Shown here: positions 39,301 to 47,120 of the stretch, in pieces
Numbering within the stretch: position 1 is the stretch's first letter
Layout: each line of letters starts with the position of its first letter
Assembly (NCBI GenBank): GCA_964531375.1
Contig: CAZHDO010000003.1
Span: 17,983-81,982, forward strand
Origin: an uncultured Candidatus Saccharibacteria bacterium
Lineage (GTDB): Bacteria > Patescibacteriota > Minisyncoccia > Phycocordibacterales > UBA12445
Length of the DNA stretch: 64,000 nucleotides
Direction: 5' to 3'
Position numbers and translations under genes: made by a program
Notes under the pieces: generated by a model
What the model was told of the DNA's origin: nothing
The model's database searches: none
Seen by the model: the letters and a program-made list of their open reading frames with translations, nothing else

Positions 39301-39419
39301 GCAAAATATTTAGCGTGTTGGGCGGTTATTTTCATTTTGCCAGTATACAATAAAGAGGCGGAAAAATCGCCTTGAAAGAATGGCGTTTGTATTTTACAAA
39401 CCTCGCTTTCTATTCCCAA
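36390..39419 (-). CDS. SNF2-family (SWI2/SNF2, RapA-like) helicase with a C-terminal coiled-coil extension
   Basis: Motifs: I ADEVGLGKT, II DEAHRLRN, III LLLTATPLQNSL, VI RIGRCHRYGQ. The roughly 350-aa C-terminal extension ends in a coiled-coil. The track start is a TTG. An in-frame ATG, MKITAQHAKYF, at 39335 is the more likely start. Confidence 0.8.
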   Translation of the reverse strand: MGIESEVCKIQTPFFQGDFSASLLYTGKMKITAQHAKYFAYELTKRCSSNSLEKLSSTLSNAQVDLNPHQIEAALFAFRSPLSKGAILADEVGLGKTIEAGLVLSQKWAERKRSILLIVPSSLRKQWNDELSEKFFLPSIILEAKSFNQYIKDGNLNPFNQEDKIIICSYHFARSKSSYIKQTKWDLAVIDEAHRLRNVYKKSNKIAQEIKKALEEVPKILLTATPLQNSLLELYGLVSIIDDHVFGDLKSFKANYARVSREQDIYENEVGLLEPKQEMFVDLRNRLKPVCIRTLRRQVLEYINYTERKPITQDYIPTEQEVQLYDGMSEYLQRAKLYALPFSQRQLMTLILRKLLASSSFAIASTLDKLVYKLRQLIVDTKAKIPQQDDGTISLLQDFEALPEISDEWIDDEESEDDEDEKEKKALTEKDIVLMEQEKADLEKFRNLAQKIYTNSKGDALITALKKGFEMTAELGAKKKAIIFTESTITQRYLAETLLANNGYKDKIVLFNGSNNDEKSKEIYKSWLARNKDTDKVTGSKTADTRAALIEYFRDEAEIMIATEAGAEGVNLQFCSLVINYDLPWNPQRIEQRIGRCHRYGQKHDVVVINFVNRKNAADQRVYELLDQKFKLFKGVFGASDEVLGSIESGVDFEKRIAGIYQTCRTSEDINIAFDKLQEEMDESIKSNLSDTRQKLLENFDAEVHEKLKINKKEGEAYLDTYNRWLWDVTRYYLGDNADFSDHEYSFSLKTNPFPNEDIDQGPYKIGKNVEDAHVYRPGHSLAQRILNEVKNKQVDEAEIVFDYSNHSSIISVLEPLVGKSGMLKVSNYTVEAFESEDAVVVSAINETGESIESDSIKKLFSLSAQSVTPKIFSPEARKKIEELENQNISVISGQIMQRNAEFFDDEVDKLDNWSEDVKKALELDLRKLDIDIKAAKTNAKKIIDLDDKLKAQREIKDSEKKRNEMRRKLYEAQDEVELKKEDLLKKVEAQLKQRSKLEILFTISWKII

Positions 39420-39479
39420 AAGATACTGGACATTTCCTCATTTAACACCCCAACAAAAAGAAGAGGGGTTCTACGATTT

Positions 39480-41240
39480 TCAATCCAATTCCTTGTAGTC
39501 CACTTTTAAGAATCGGTTTCTCCTGTTGAAACTGGCTCTCGTATGCTCCTTTATTTTTAGTTTAATTTGTTTTTGCCTTTCTTCGTTCTCGATCTTATCC
39601 CTATTAAGAGTGAGAATATATTGAAAATTTGTTTTAACCTCCTGTTCGGCTAAGAAGTTTAAACTCTGAACCAGTGTATCCTGATCAACATCAAATATAT
39701 TATCGTGTATTAGAAACATTGGATGCCTTTTGTTTGTGTCTTTGTTGAGCATTAAGCTTATGTCGTAGATGAATACTTTGGTTCTATCAACACTGTGACT
39801 ACCATCGTCCGGTATTCTCAAGTCCAATTTGACAATCTGTTTACTAGACGCTTTATTTACTGTCGATATGTCAAAAGAAACCCCTGCGTTTCCCATAATA
39901 TACTCATTTATTTCTGCAATTGTTTTATTGAAATCCTTAATAACCTTACTTATCTCGAATATCTTTGCATCTAGCTCAGAAAACAGATTGTCTTTTTTAA
40001 TTCTCAAGATAACCACTTCACGATTAATTCTTTCAAATTCGTCTAGATTAGCTTGAGTGGTAGCGTATTCATCCTTTTTCTTCGTATAAGTATAAAAACC
40101 TTCTTTTAAGATACTAAGTGAATCATTTTTATCGACATGAATAAGGAGGTCAGCTCTTTTTTCATCCAAAGAATTAAGCTCTTCTTGAATTTTTTGAACC
40201 TCTGACCTTACTTCATCGGCCCTCTCATTTATAAGAAGATTTTGATATTTCTCAATCTTCTTTTTAAAGTCCAAAATTTCATTTATTGACTTGGAAACGA
40301 TCTCGCCTAGACCCGCCTTAAATTTATCGTAAACAATCTGAATGTCACTCGTATTTATATTTTCTACCTTAGGCATAGACTCAATGCGCCTAAGCTCATA
40401 CTTTAAAGCAATCTGTCTCGTTCTAAGTTTTTCTATATTAGAATCTATTTTAACTAATATATCTTGGTTCTGTTGGAAAATTGGTTCAACTCTAAATTTA
40501 TCCAGAGAATCTCCAGCCCTAGATAGCTCCAATTCAAGAGCGTTAAGTTCCGCCTTAACATCAGATATTTTTTTCTTCCCTGAATCCGTTATTCTTTTCT
40601 TAATATGACCTTGTGTTTGAGATTTTTCTTCAATCTCCTTAATAATCTTCTTCATTTCCTTAACAAGAAGAGGGTTAATACCAAAGAGGTATAAATGTGT
40701 CTTAACTAGATCCGAATTCGGAATTTTTTCTCTAAGATCATAACAGTTTACGATATCCTTAAATTCTGAGTTTTCGTCTCTAATCAGTGGGCCTATAAGT
40801 TCTCTAAAACTTGGTCTGTCTAATTTATCTTCCTTATTTTTTTCATAAAAAAGATTAGTCAAATACAAAAGGGCATCGTTCGTGTTTTTATACAAACTAA
40901 TATCACCATCCACTTCTATTGACGGTTTGTCCGGGTCATTTATTGTCCGTTCAATCGTCACTTTTTTGCCGTCTATTACTAAGTCCAAACAAATTCTTGT
41001 ATCATAAGAAAACTTATCGAAAGGAATCTTGGTCACACGACTAGAATCGGCATCTTTAAAGAGACAAAAATTAATAAATTCAACCGACATTGATTTTCCT
41101 ACTCCATTAGTTTTTTTATCTTTACGGGGTCCTGATTTCGCTTCAGAAACTTTTTCACCTAAAATAAGGTTAACACCTTCTCTAAATTCAATAGGATCAA
41201 AAGTTGGCGGTATTGAGTATAATTTTAGTATTTTAATCAT
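39480..41240 (-). CDS. ABC/SMC-like ATPase with a long coiled-coil insert (DUF2326-like; ABC-3C-type ATPase candidate)
   Basis: It has an N-terminal P-loop KTNGVGKS, about 250 aa of coiled-coil, and a C-terminal Walker B/D-loop region PMFLIHDNIFDVDQDTL. Confidence 0.6.
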   Translation of the reverse strand: MIKILKLYSIPPTFDPIEFREGVNLILGEKVSEAKSGPRKDKKTNGVGKSMSVEFINFCLFKDADSSRVTKIPFDKFSYDTRICLDLVIDGKKVTIERTINDPDKPSIEVDGDISLYKNTNDALLYLTNLFYEKNKEDKLDRPSFRELIGPLIRDENSEFKDIVNCYDLREKIPNSDLVKTHLYLFGINPLLVKEMKKIIKEIEEKSQTQGHIKKRITDSGKKKISDVKAELNALELELSRAGDSLDKFRVEPIFQQNQDILVKIDSNIEKLRTRQIALKYELRRIESMPKVENINTSDIQIVYDKFKAGLGEIVSKSINEILDFKKKIEKYQNLLINERADEVRSEVQKIQEELNSLDEKRADLLIHVDKNDSLSILKEGFYTYTKKKDEYATTQANLDEFERINREVVILRIKKDNLFSELDAKIFEISKVIKDFNKTIAEINEYIMGNAGVSFDISTVNKASSKQIVKLDLRIPDDGSHSVDRTKVFIYDISLMLNKDTNKRHPMFLIHDNIFDVDQDTLVQSLNFLAEQEVKTNFQYILTLNRDKIENEERQKQIKLKIKEHTRASFNRRNRFLKVDYKELD

Positions 41241-41464
41241 TTTTTATAGATATATGGCTCAGCAAATTCGACTATCCCTGCCTGATACAAAAAAATAAGG
41301 GAAAATATAACCTGTCTGTGATTTATCGTGCCTAATTCCTGTTTCAAATTTACAAAAATTTCATCTAACATTAACTTTTGTTCTTTCGCTTTTGAAATCT
41401 TTTTTAAAATCAAAAAGCCGAGATAAGGTGAAGATGTTTTAATTTTTTCATCTTTACTAATCAT
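41237..41464 (-). CDS. Small alpha-helical protein (75 aa), a candidate middle component of the three-gene ABC ATPase module
   Basis: It is coupled by 4-nt overlaps to both of its neighbours. Confidence 0.4.
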   Translation of the reverse strand: MISKDEKIKTSSPYLGFLILKKISKAKEQKLMLDEIFVNLKQELGTINHRQVIFSLIFLYQAGIVEFAEPYIYKK

Positions 41465-42420
41465 TTCTCATTTGGAAATACATTGCACTTAATAAGCTCA
41501 TCTAATAGATAAAACCTTATCGCCAGATAATCGTGTTTTTTACCCTTATTACTAATCTCGCTTGAAAAATACTCAGTTAGATTATCAAGGGCCTTTTTAG
41601 GATCACCGTCGGCTTGAGTTAAAAAGATATCGCTTTTAATTCTTAAGAAATTTCGTATAAAATCAATTTTTACAGAATCAAGACCTAGTTTTTCATCCAC
41701 CTCACTGCGAGCCAGAGAATATCTCGGCAACAAATCAATTATCTGAGATTTTAAAAACTTTGATTTATCTGCAAACCGATACTCAATCTTGTGGCCCGGA
41801 TCCGGTTCCTCTGTCCAATTCTTATCGCTTATTTCTTTATTATTACTCAAGAAGACAACAAGATCAGCAATCGTCTCTACCTCATTCGTTAGGACCTGTT
41901 CAGATTTACGATCCTTTTGACTATCAAACTCATCTCTCAAAAGATCATGTATCTCTCTTATTTTTGAAGCATCAAGCGGCCTAATCACCTTAACTAATTT
42001 TGACAAGGTTATAATATCTTCATTTTGATCGAAAGACACATTCTTGGGACCCTTGATTTTTGCCTTAAAATTAAGTTTCTTCGTTGTTATTATTAAGAAT
42101 TTTAAAGAGTCAAATTTAGAAGAGAGTCCACTGTCTTCGAATTTTTTTATTGTTTCCTTAATTTTCTTAAGAGTAGTTTCCGATGTAACTTGGAATGAAA
42201 TCTTTCTTGCTCCATCACCCAGGTCAACAGATGGGAAACTCGACTTAAGTATATTTAAATTAACTAGATTTAAATCAAAAACCTTATTCAATAATTTACA
42301 AAAAACATCTTCTAAAAAGATATTTATATCTGTAAGCCCGTTGCTATTACTATTCTTAGTCGATGATTCAATACGAGAAAAGTAATCAATTATTTGATTG
42401 ATAAGATTTTGATTCTCCAC
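41461..42420 (-). CDS. Hypothetical protein (319 aa); the first gene of the block and a candidate sensor/effector partner of the ABC ATPase
   Basis: It overlaps the 75-aa gene by 4 nt. I recognised no catalytic motif. Confidence 0.4.
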   Translation of the reverse strand: MENQNLINQIIDYFSRIESSTKNSNSNGLTDINIFLEDVFCKLLNKVFDLNLVNLNILKSSFPSVDLGDGARKISFQVTSETTLKKIKETIKKFEDSGLSSKFDSLKFLIITTKKLNFKAKIKGPKNVSFDQNEDIITLSKLVKVIRPLDASKIREIHDLLRDEFDSQKDRKSEQVLTNEVETIADLVVFLSNNKEISDKNWTEEPDPGHKIEYRFADKSKFLKSQIIDLLPRYSLARSEVDEKLGLDSVKIDFIRNFLRIKSDIFLTQADGDPKKALDNLTEYFSSEISNKGKKHDYLAIRFYLLDELIKCNVFPNEK

Positions 42421-42613
42421 GAAATATATTATAATCTATTTTTTATTTTTTACTAAATTCTTTTCAAATAATCATGTGACAAAACGATCCAAATCGCCTT
42501 GAAGAAATGACGGTTCTGTTTTAAAAACCCGGATTTTATATTTAGTTAAAATACATATTCTTATTATCCGCAATCTTTTACTTTCCTCCATCTGTTGATA
42601 ACATTCAGTCATC

Positions 42614-43606
42614 ATGGAACCACTATTTAAAGAAGCGGACAATAAAATAATTAAGTTATCTGAAAAGATAATGGCATTAAGAAAGAGACCGCTATTGATT
42701 TTAGATTTAGAGAATGTCGCATATTGGACTACTATTAGGCTGGAAAATGAATTAAAGGGAAAAAAATTGTCAAAACTTGATGTTCTGCTTAATGCACCTA
42801 TGGGAGGTCGCATAGAGCCGGCCTTCAATATTGTCAAACTCATAAGGAAACATGCCGAAGCGGTAGAGATGATAATTCCTTATCGTGCAAAAAGTGCCGG
42901 CACGCTCATCTGTTTAGGAGCAGACAAATTACTGATGAATACTACTGCCGAGTTAGGACCACTTGATACTCAGAACAGGATCCACAAGGAAGAAGAATTT
43001 GAATCAACACAAAATATCTTTAAGGCCCTCGAGCAGATTCAACAGCATGCTCTCGATGGTTTTAATTCTGCCATAACCACAATTAAAAAACGAAACCATA
43101 ATTTAAAAATAGATGATGTGGTAAAATTGGCTGCCATGTTTTCAGGACAAACATGTAGTTCTTTGTACAATAAAATAGATCCTGAAATGCTCGGAGAATA
43201 TGCCCGTCTACTTGAAATGTGCGAGAAGTATGTGTTTGAAGTGTTAATAAGATATGCTGGGCGTGATTATGAGGATGCAAAAAAAGTTACTAAAAAATTG
43301 GTTTATGGTTATCCGAATCATAATTTTATTATTGATATACAGGAGTCAGAAAAATTAGGTTTACCGGCAGAAGAAGTAAGCGATGATATTAAAGAAATTA
43401 TTGATGATCTAAAGATAGAGCTTCGCGAAAAAGATCTTACAAGACAGTCTTTCCTCCTTGAAACCGGAATTTCTTATCAGGAGAAACGAAGATGGTCACT
43501 AATTAAACTTTTAGAGTATCCAACCAAAGAAACCCCGGAGAAAAATAAGCCGGTTCAAAAACCAAAAGAAACTGAGGTGGTGGACAAGAACATAGAGAAA
43601 AAATAA
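42614..43606 (+). CDS. ClpP-fold serine protease of the SDH (serine dehydrogenase proteinase) / S49-like family
   Basis: NAPMGGRIEPAFNIVKLIR and RAKSAGTLICLGADK correspond to the ClpP/crotonase-fold Ser protease core. It is transcribed divergently from the 13-gene block. Confidence 0.55.
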   Translation: MEPLFKEADNKIIKLSEKIMALRKRPLLILDLENVAYWTTIRLENELKGKKLSKLDVLLNAPMGGRIEPAFNIVKLIRKHAEAVEMIIPYRAKSAGTLICLGADKLLMNTTAELGPLDTQNRIHKEEEFESTQNIFKALEQIQQHALDGFNSAITTIKKRNHNLKIDDVVKLAAMFSGQTCSSLYNKIDPEMLGEYARLLEMCEKYVFEVLIRYAGRDYEDAKKVTKKLVYGYPNHNFIIDIQESEKLGLPAEEVSDDIKEIIDDLKIELREKDLTRQSFLLETGISYQEKRRWSLIKLLEYPTKETPEKNKPVQKPKETEVVDKNIEKK

Positions 43607-43724
43607 GCAGACTTTTAAAATCTGATATTTAATAACAAAAAGATGGGCCCACATAGACCCATCTTTTTGTTATTAAATTATTTAGACTTGATGCCTGTTT
43701 CCAATGCTTTTTGTGATTAAGTTA

Positions 43725-43940
43725 CTATATATCCCCCATACTCAAGAGTTCTTTTTGAACCTTTTCAATCATCGCATCAAATGTCTTTGCAGAACCAGCG
43801 AGCATTCCTCCGTGATTAATCTGTGGAATTCCTGCGCCAATAAGTCCTTCTCTAATAATCTGATCGTGGCACTTCTTGAGCATCTCAATCTGTATTGGGA
43901 GAAGCAGGAACTTTTCTTTTGTACTTTTTTTCTTATTCAT
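43725..43940 (-). CDS. Hypothetical small protein (71 aa)
   Basis: It overlaps the upstream 63-aa ORF by 4 nt, forming a coupled pair. Confidence 0.3.
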   Translation of the reverse strand: MNKKKSTKEKFLLLPIQIEMLKKCHDQIIREGLIGAGIPQINHGGMLAGSAKTFDAMIEKVQKELLSMGDI

Positions 43941-44128
43941 TTTGTTTTTTTATTATACTCCAAAACACTGATTTTGGGTCTTTCGAAGTTATTATAACGA
44001 TTAACAGCTTCCATGTAGGTTATGAGAGCTGTAAAATCTTCAAGGGCTTTGGCCCGAGATATTTCTTTACTATTAATCTCAAAGTATAGTTGCAGATATT
44101 CATCAAGTCTTTTCTCAGAAATTTGCAT
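43937..44128 (-). CDS. Hypothetical small protein (63 aa)
   Basis: It is coupled to the 71-aa ORF; they may form a two-gene module. Confidence 0.3.
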   Translation of the reverse strand: MQISEKRLDEYLQLYFEINSKEISRAKALEDFTALITYMEAVNRYNNFERPKISVLEYNKKTK

Positions 44129-44148
44129 TTGTATTTTTAGACCTAATA

Positions 44149-44997
44149 TTAATAATCACAGACATTAAGGTCCGATAATTCTAGACCAAGTGCCTCTGCC
44201 AAAGATTGTTTAGCCTCATATGTTCCACCAATAGCATCTATGATACCCGTCTCTAAAGCTTTTGGAGGTAAAATCGAAGAACCATCGGCTAGTTTTGCAA
44301 CATCTTCGTATTTAAGATTTCTATTCTTGGCAATGGCTCCAACAAATACTTTATGGAATTCTTTTAGATCACTCATAACCATATTCTTCTCTTCTTGTGT
44401 CATCGGCCTATCACCACTAAGCATATCTTTATACTTTGCGGATGTCAGTTGATTATATGTATATCCATCTTTAGTATTTTTTGCGGCGTTATCAACAAAG
44501 GATTGAGTTATTCCTATAGAGCCAATATCTGAAAATTCTGAAGCGAATATCTTTTGTGCTCCTGTAGCGGCCCAATAAGCGGCGGATGTTCCTTGGTCTT
44601 TAATAACAGCAATAGTTGGCTTGGTAGATCTCTTAAGAGCACCGGCAATTTCTTCTCCTGCCACACCGCTACCGCCTGGCGAATTTATCTCTATGATAGA
44701 AGCATAAATATTTGGATCTTTCTCTATCTTTTCCAAAGTACCCACAATGTCTCCCCCTACTGTTTCGTCTGTCCATTCTTCTACTCCTCCATATTTATAT
44801 TCCACCAAGTCTCCATTGATTTTAATTCTAGCGACATTACAAGAACTATCCGCCTCAGATGTGTTTTGATCAGAGAGTTCTCTGTCTAAAACAAGAATCG
44901 AAGCGGAAGAGAATAAGACTAAGAAAAAAAGGACGATGGTGGTAATTATGGCTATTTTTAAATTGAACTTAGCGAGTAGGGTTTTTATTTGTTGCAT
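44149..44997 (-). CDS. sppA: Signal peptide peptidase SppA (S49 family, 36K type)
   Basis: It has an N-terminal TM segment and the motifs EINSPGGSGVAGEEIAGAL and DQGTSAAYWAATGAQKIFA. Confidence 0.7.
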   Translation of the reverse strand: MQQIKTLLAKFNLKIAIITTIVLFFLVLFSSASILVLDRELSDQNTSEADSSCNVARIKINGDLVEYKYGGVEEWTDETVGGDIVGTLEKIEKDPNIYASIIEINSPGGSGVAGEEIAGALKRSTKPTIAVIKDQGTSAAYWAATGAQKIFASEFSDIGSIGITQSFVDNAAKNTKDGYTYNQLTSAKYKDMLSGDRPMTQEEKNMVMSDLKEFHKVFVGAIAKNRNLKYEDVAKLADGSSILPPKALETGIIDAIGGTYEAKQSLAEALGLELSDLNVCDY

Positions 44998-45018
44998 TGT
45001 TTAATTCTAATTATAAAT

Positions 45019-45252
45019 TTAAAACTCAAACGAATTTATATAATCCCCTGCCTCAGAACGAGTAAGACCTTCAATATGCGATAAACACTGCTGAATCGTA
45101 GCATAATCATCAAACTGCTGGAATATAAGATCGTGGAGTTTTCTTCTTTGGCCCGATGTGATAAGTTCATCCTCTCTAAACGGATAATTAGAGATCTCTT
45201 CGAATGAGGATGAGTAATCTCTTTCTGCTACTGCGTTATTATTTGAATTCAT
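45019..45252 (-). CDS. Hypothetical protein (77 aa)
   Basis: ORF only. Confidence 0.3.
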   Translation of the reverse strand: MNSNNNAVAERDYSSSFEEISNYPFREDELITSGQRRKLHDLIFQQFDDYATIQQCLSHIEGLTRSEAGDYINSFEF

Positions 45253-45304
45253 TTTATTTATATTTAGTTAATTAAAAAGACCGGAAGAGTTTCCGATCTT
45301 GTCT

Positions 45305-45976
45305 CTATCTGATCCCGATAAAACTTGAGATCATGTCGCTCGCTTCAGCTTTAGTCATTCCACCCTCAAGTTCTGAAAGCCAGTTCGCCCGATCTTTCTC
45401 GTTATGGGAATTGCGCTTAATAAGAGAAGTTAGAAGTTCCTTTTGACGAGGAGTTATAAGAGGAATTTCTTTAGGAGCTTCTACTTTCTTTATCTGAACA
45501 GGTTGCATGTCTTCAAGATCTTGGCTGAACAGATCAGATAACCCAGTAGCTCTAATTGTGGAGTCTATATAGGCGGATTTTTGTGCCATCTTAATTGTCT
45601 TGTTTGGATCTCCTTCATTCTTTTCTAGTGTAGAAGCTCCACGACCTTGGCCCATTACCTCCCCATTTCTATATAAAGTGCAAATATAGGCTATTAGGCC
45701 CGGAATACTCTGGAAAGCGATCATTGTTTCGTTGTCTCGAGTAAATGTAGCCGTAAGTGAGTAAACCCCACAAAGTTTCTCACATCCTGACTTTCCGAGG
45801 CTTCTTCGTCCTTTGATGTTATAGAAGTCGATATTTTCTTTTAGTGTCGGAAGTAGACGATCAATAAAATACTGTCTACGCTGAAGTAAGCCATCAACTC
45901 CTTGTCTAAAGCTCGCCATGGCATCGGTGTCCGCTAAGCGAATCATCCCCTTTTCAACTGTTGTTTGATTGTTCAT
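45305..45976 (-). CDS. Hypothetical protein (223 aa); its GC content is higher than that of the flanks
   Basis: ORF only. Confidence 0.4.
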   Translation of the reverse strand: MNNQTTVEKGMIRLADTDAMASFRQGVDGLLQRRQYFIDRLLPTLKENIDFYNIKGRRSLGKSGCEKLCGVYSLTATFTRDNETMIAFQSIPGLIAYICTLYRNGEVMGQGRGASTLEKNEGDPNKTIKMAQKSAYIDSTIRATGLSDLFSQDLEDMQPVQIKKVEAPKEIPLITPRQKELLTSLIKRNSHNEKDRANWLSELEGGMTKAEASDMISSFIGIR

Positions 45977-45987
45977 TGTTTTATTAA

Positions 45988-46164
45988 TTATCTTCTTGTA
46001 ATTAAAACACTCGAGTTCCCATATTCAACATCTATAAAATCACCGACTTTAAAATTAGATTTGTATAAAAGATTATTTTGAATACGGATCATTGGTTTTC
46101 TCTCTCCACTGGCGACCCTGTCGTATTTACCAGTTGCGTAATTCACTATCATTTTTCTTTTCAT
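45988..46164 (-). CDS. SymE-like / AbrB-fold small protein (58 aa); below the ORF-track cutoff
   Basis: MKRKMIVNYATGKYDRVASGERKPMIRIQNNLLYKSNFKVGDFIDVEYGNSSVLITRR parallels the SymE core (sYasrYpdysR.P.itLkGqWLeeaGFatGtaVdVkvmeGcIVLTa). Confidence 0.35.
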   Translation of the reverse strand: MKRKMIVNYATGKYDRVASGERKPMIRIQNNLLYKSNFKVGDFIDVEYGNSSVLITRR

Positions 46165-46174
46165 TTTGTTTTAT

Positions 46175-46474
46175 TTATTTTCTAAGCTCTCGAACCTGAC
46201 AATAATGGAATAGACACACTTGTTTTGGGTACCTAGCTATCACAGAACCATCAGGACCTTTCTTCTCGACGATGGTCATAGAGCGCAAACTTTTTTCTCC
46301 GAGCCTAACTTTGTAGCCATTCTCCAACCATTTCTTGTAGGTCATACAGTGGATATTTGGATCATACTCATCGGCGGCTTCCTGACCGTATCGCTCTAAT
46401 ATTTGGAGCCTCACAGCTTCAAATGTTTCCTTCGACCCTGTATAGCCCGACTTCACCGTAATTTTTAGTGACAT
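46175..46474 (-). CDS. Hypothetical protein (99 aa)
   Basis: ORF only. Confidence 0.35.
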   Translation of the reverse strand: MSLKITVKSGYTGSKETFEAVRLQILERYGQEAADEYDPNIHCMTYKKWLENGYKVRLGEKSLRSMTIVEKKGPDGSVIARYPKQVCLFHYCQVRELRK

Positions 46475-46499
46475 TTATATTTCTAATAAACTATTAATA

Positions 46500-46528
46500 A
46501 TAAAAGCACCGGGGACGAGCCAGTGCTT
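46500..46528 (-). terminator. GC-rich hairpin followed by a T-run on the minus strand (terminator-like)
   Basis: On the minus strand, GCACTGG-ctcgtcc-CCGGTGC is followed by ttttattatt. It would terminate a minus-strand transcript arising in the ORF-free region upstream. Confidence 0.4.
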
Positions 46529-46939
46529 ATGTTCGAGATCGTTGTCTTTTTAAAACAATCTCAAAAATATAGTCATATAGTTTATAATTTAAAAATGATG
46601 GGTGGGGAGTTGTTCGGTTTGTGACTGTGGCATATCCAAAGACACTGTATGAAGCGAACCTATATCGCTCGCTGACTACTTTAGAATATAGCCCCCATGC
46701 ACTTGTTTTTAGAATTTGATGGCACAAAAAAATTCTGCAAAAATTTTAGGACTTTGGGGAAGTCGAGCTTTTTATGTGCCATTTTTGACGATTTTTGAGC
46801 CTTATATAGAGCCACCGTTTTGGACTCATTTTTAGGAATATGCGATTCTATGCGTTTTAAGGCCCGTTAAATTCTGAAGTGGATATATGAGTCATTCAGG
46901 CTTTTTGAGCTCCAAAAAAGCCCTCTTATTGAGGGTTTC

Positions 46940-47120
46940 TAAATGAGGATTTTATGATCTTCTAGACACTGTGAGAAAAGATCTATTCTTATAATTCTGA
47001 GATATTTTGTCGGTTCTTCTAGGCACCCAATGTACATTCTTCTAGGTACTGAAAAAGAGGATAAATTAGCGGATTAATCCGAGATTGGTTTGGATTGTCG
47101 ATTCTTCTAGAAGAATGCAC
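46940..47120. repeat. Cluster of four TTCTTCTAG(R)(Y)AC direct repeats; the last is embedded in the perfect palindrome TTCTTCTAGAAGAA
   Basis: Copies lie at about 46959, 47014, 47037 and 47102, within a 0.93-kb ORF-free AT-rich region. Confidence 0.5.

Noticed and set aside
28661-39419. Canonical DISARM or BREX assignment for the SNF2/MTase block
   Set aside because: No DUF1998 (DrmB), PLD (DrmC), PglZ, BrxC/PglY or Lon-like BrxL candidates are recognisable. The MTase-helicase pair instead has all the hallmarks of an ordinary Type III mod-res. The locus is therefore reported as a non-canonical composite.
46527-46727. 66-aa minus-strand ORF (MCHQILKTSAWGLYSKV...)
   Set aside because: It has an odd composition, no RBS and no family resemblance. 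Its stop is embedded in a terminator-like hairpin. It is more likely non-coding, or part of a small RNA, than a protein.
46940-47120. CRISPR array
   Set aside because: The repeats are only 9 to 14 nt and irregularly spaced (55, 23 and 65 nt), with no uniform spacers. This is not CRISPR-like, and there are no cas genes in the window.
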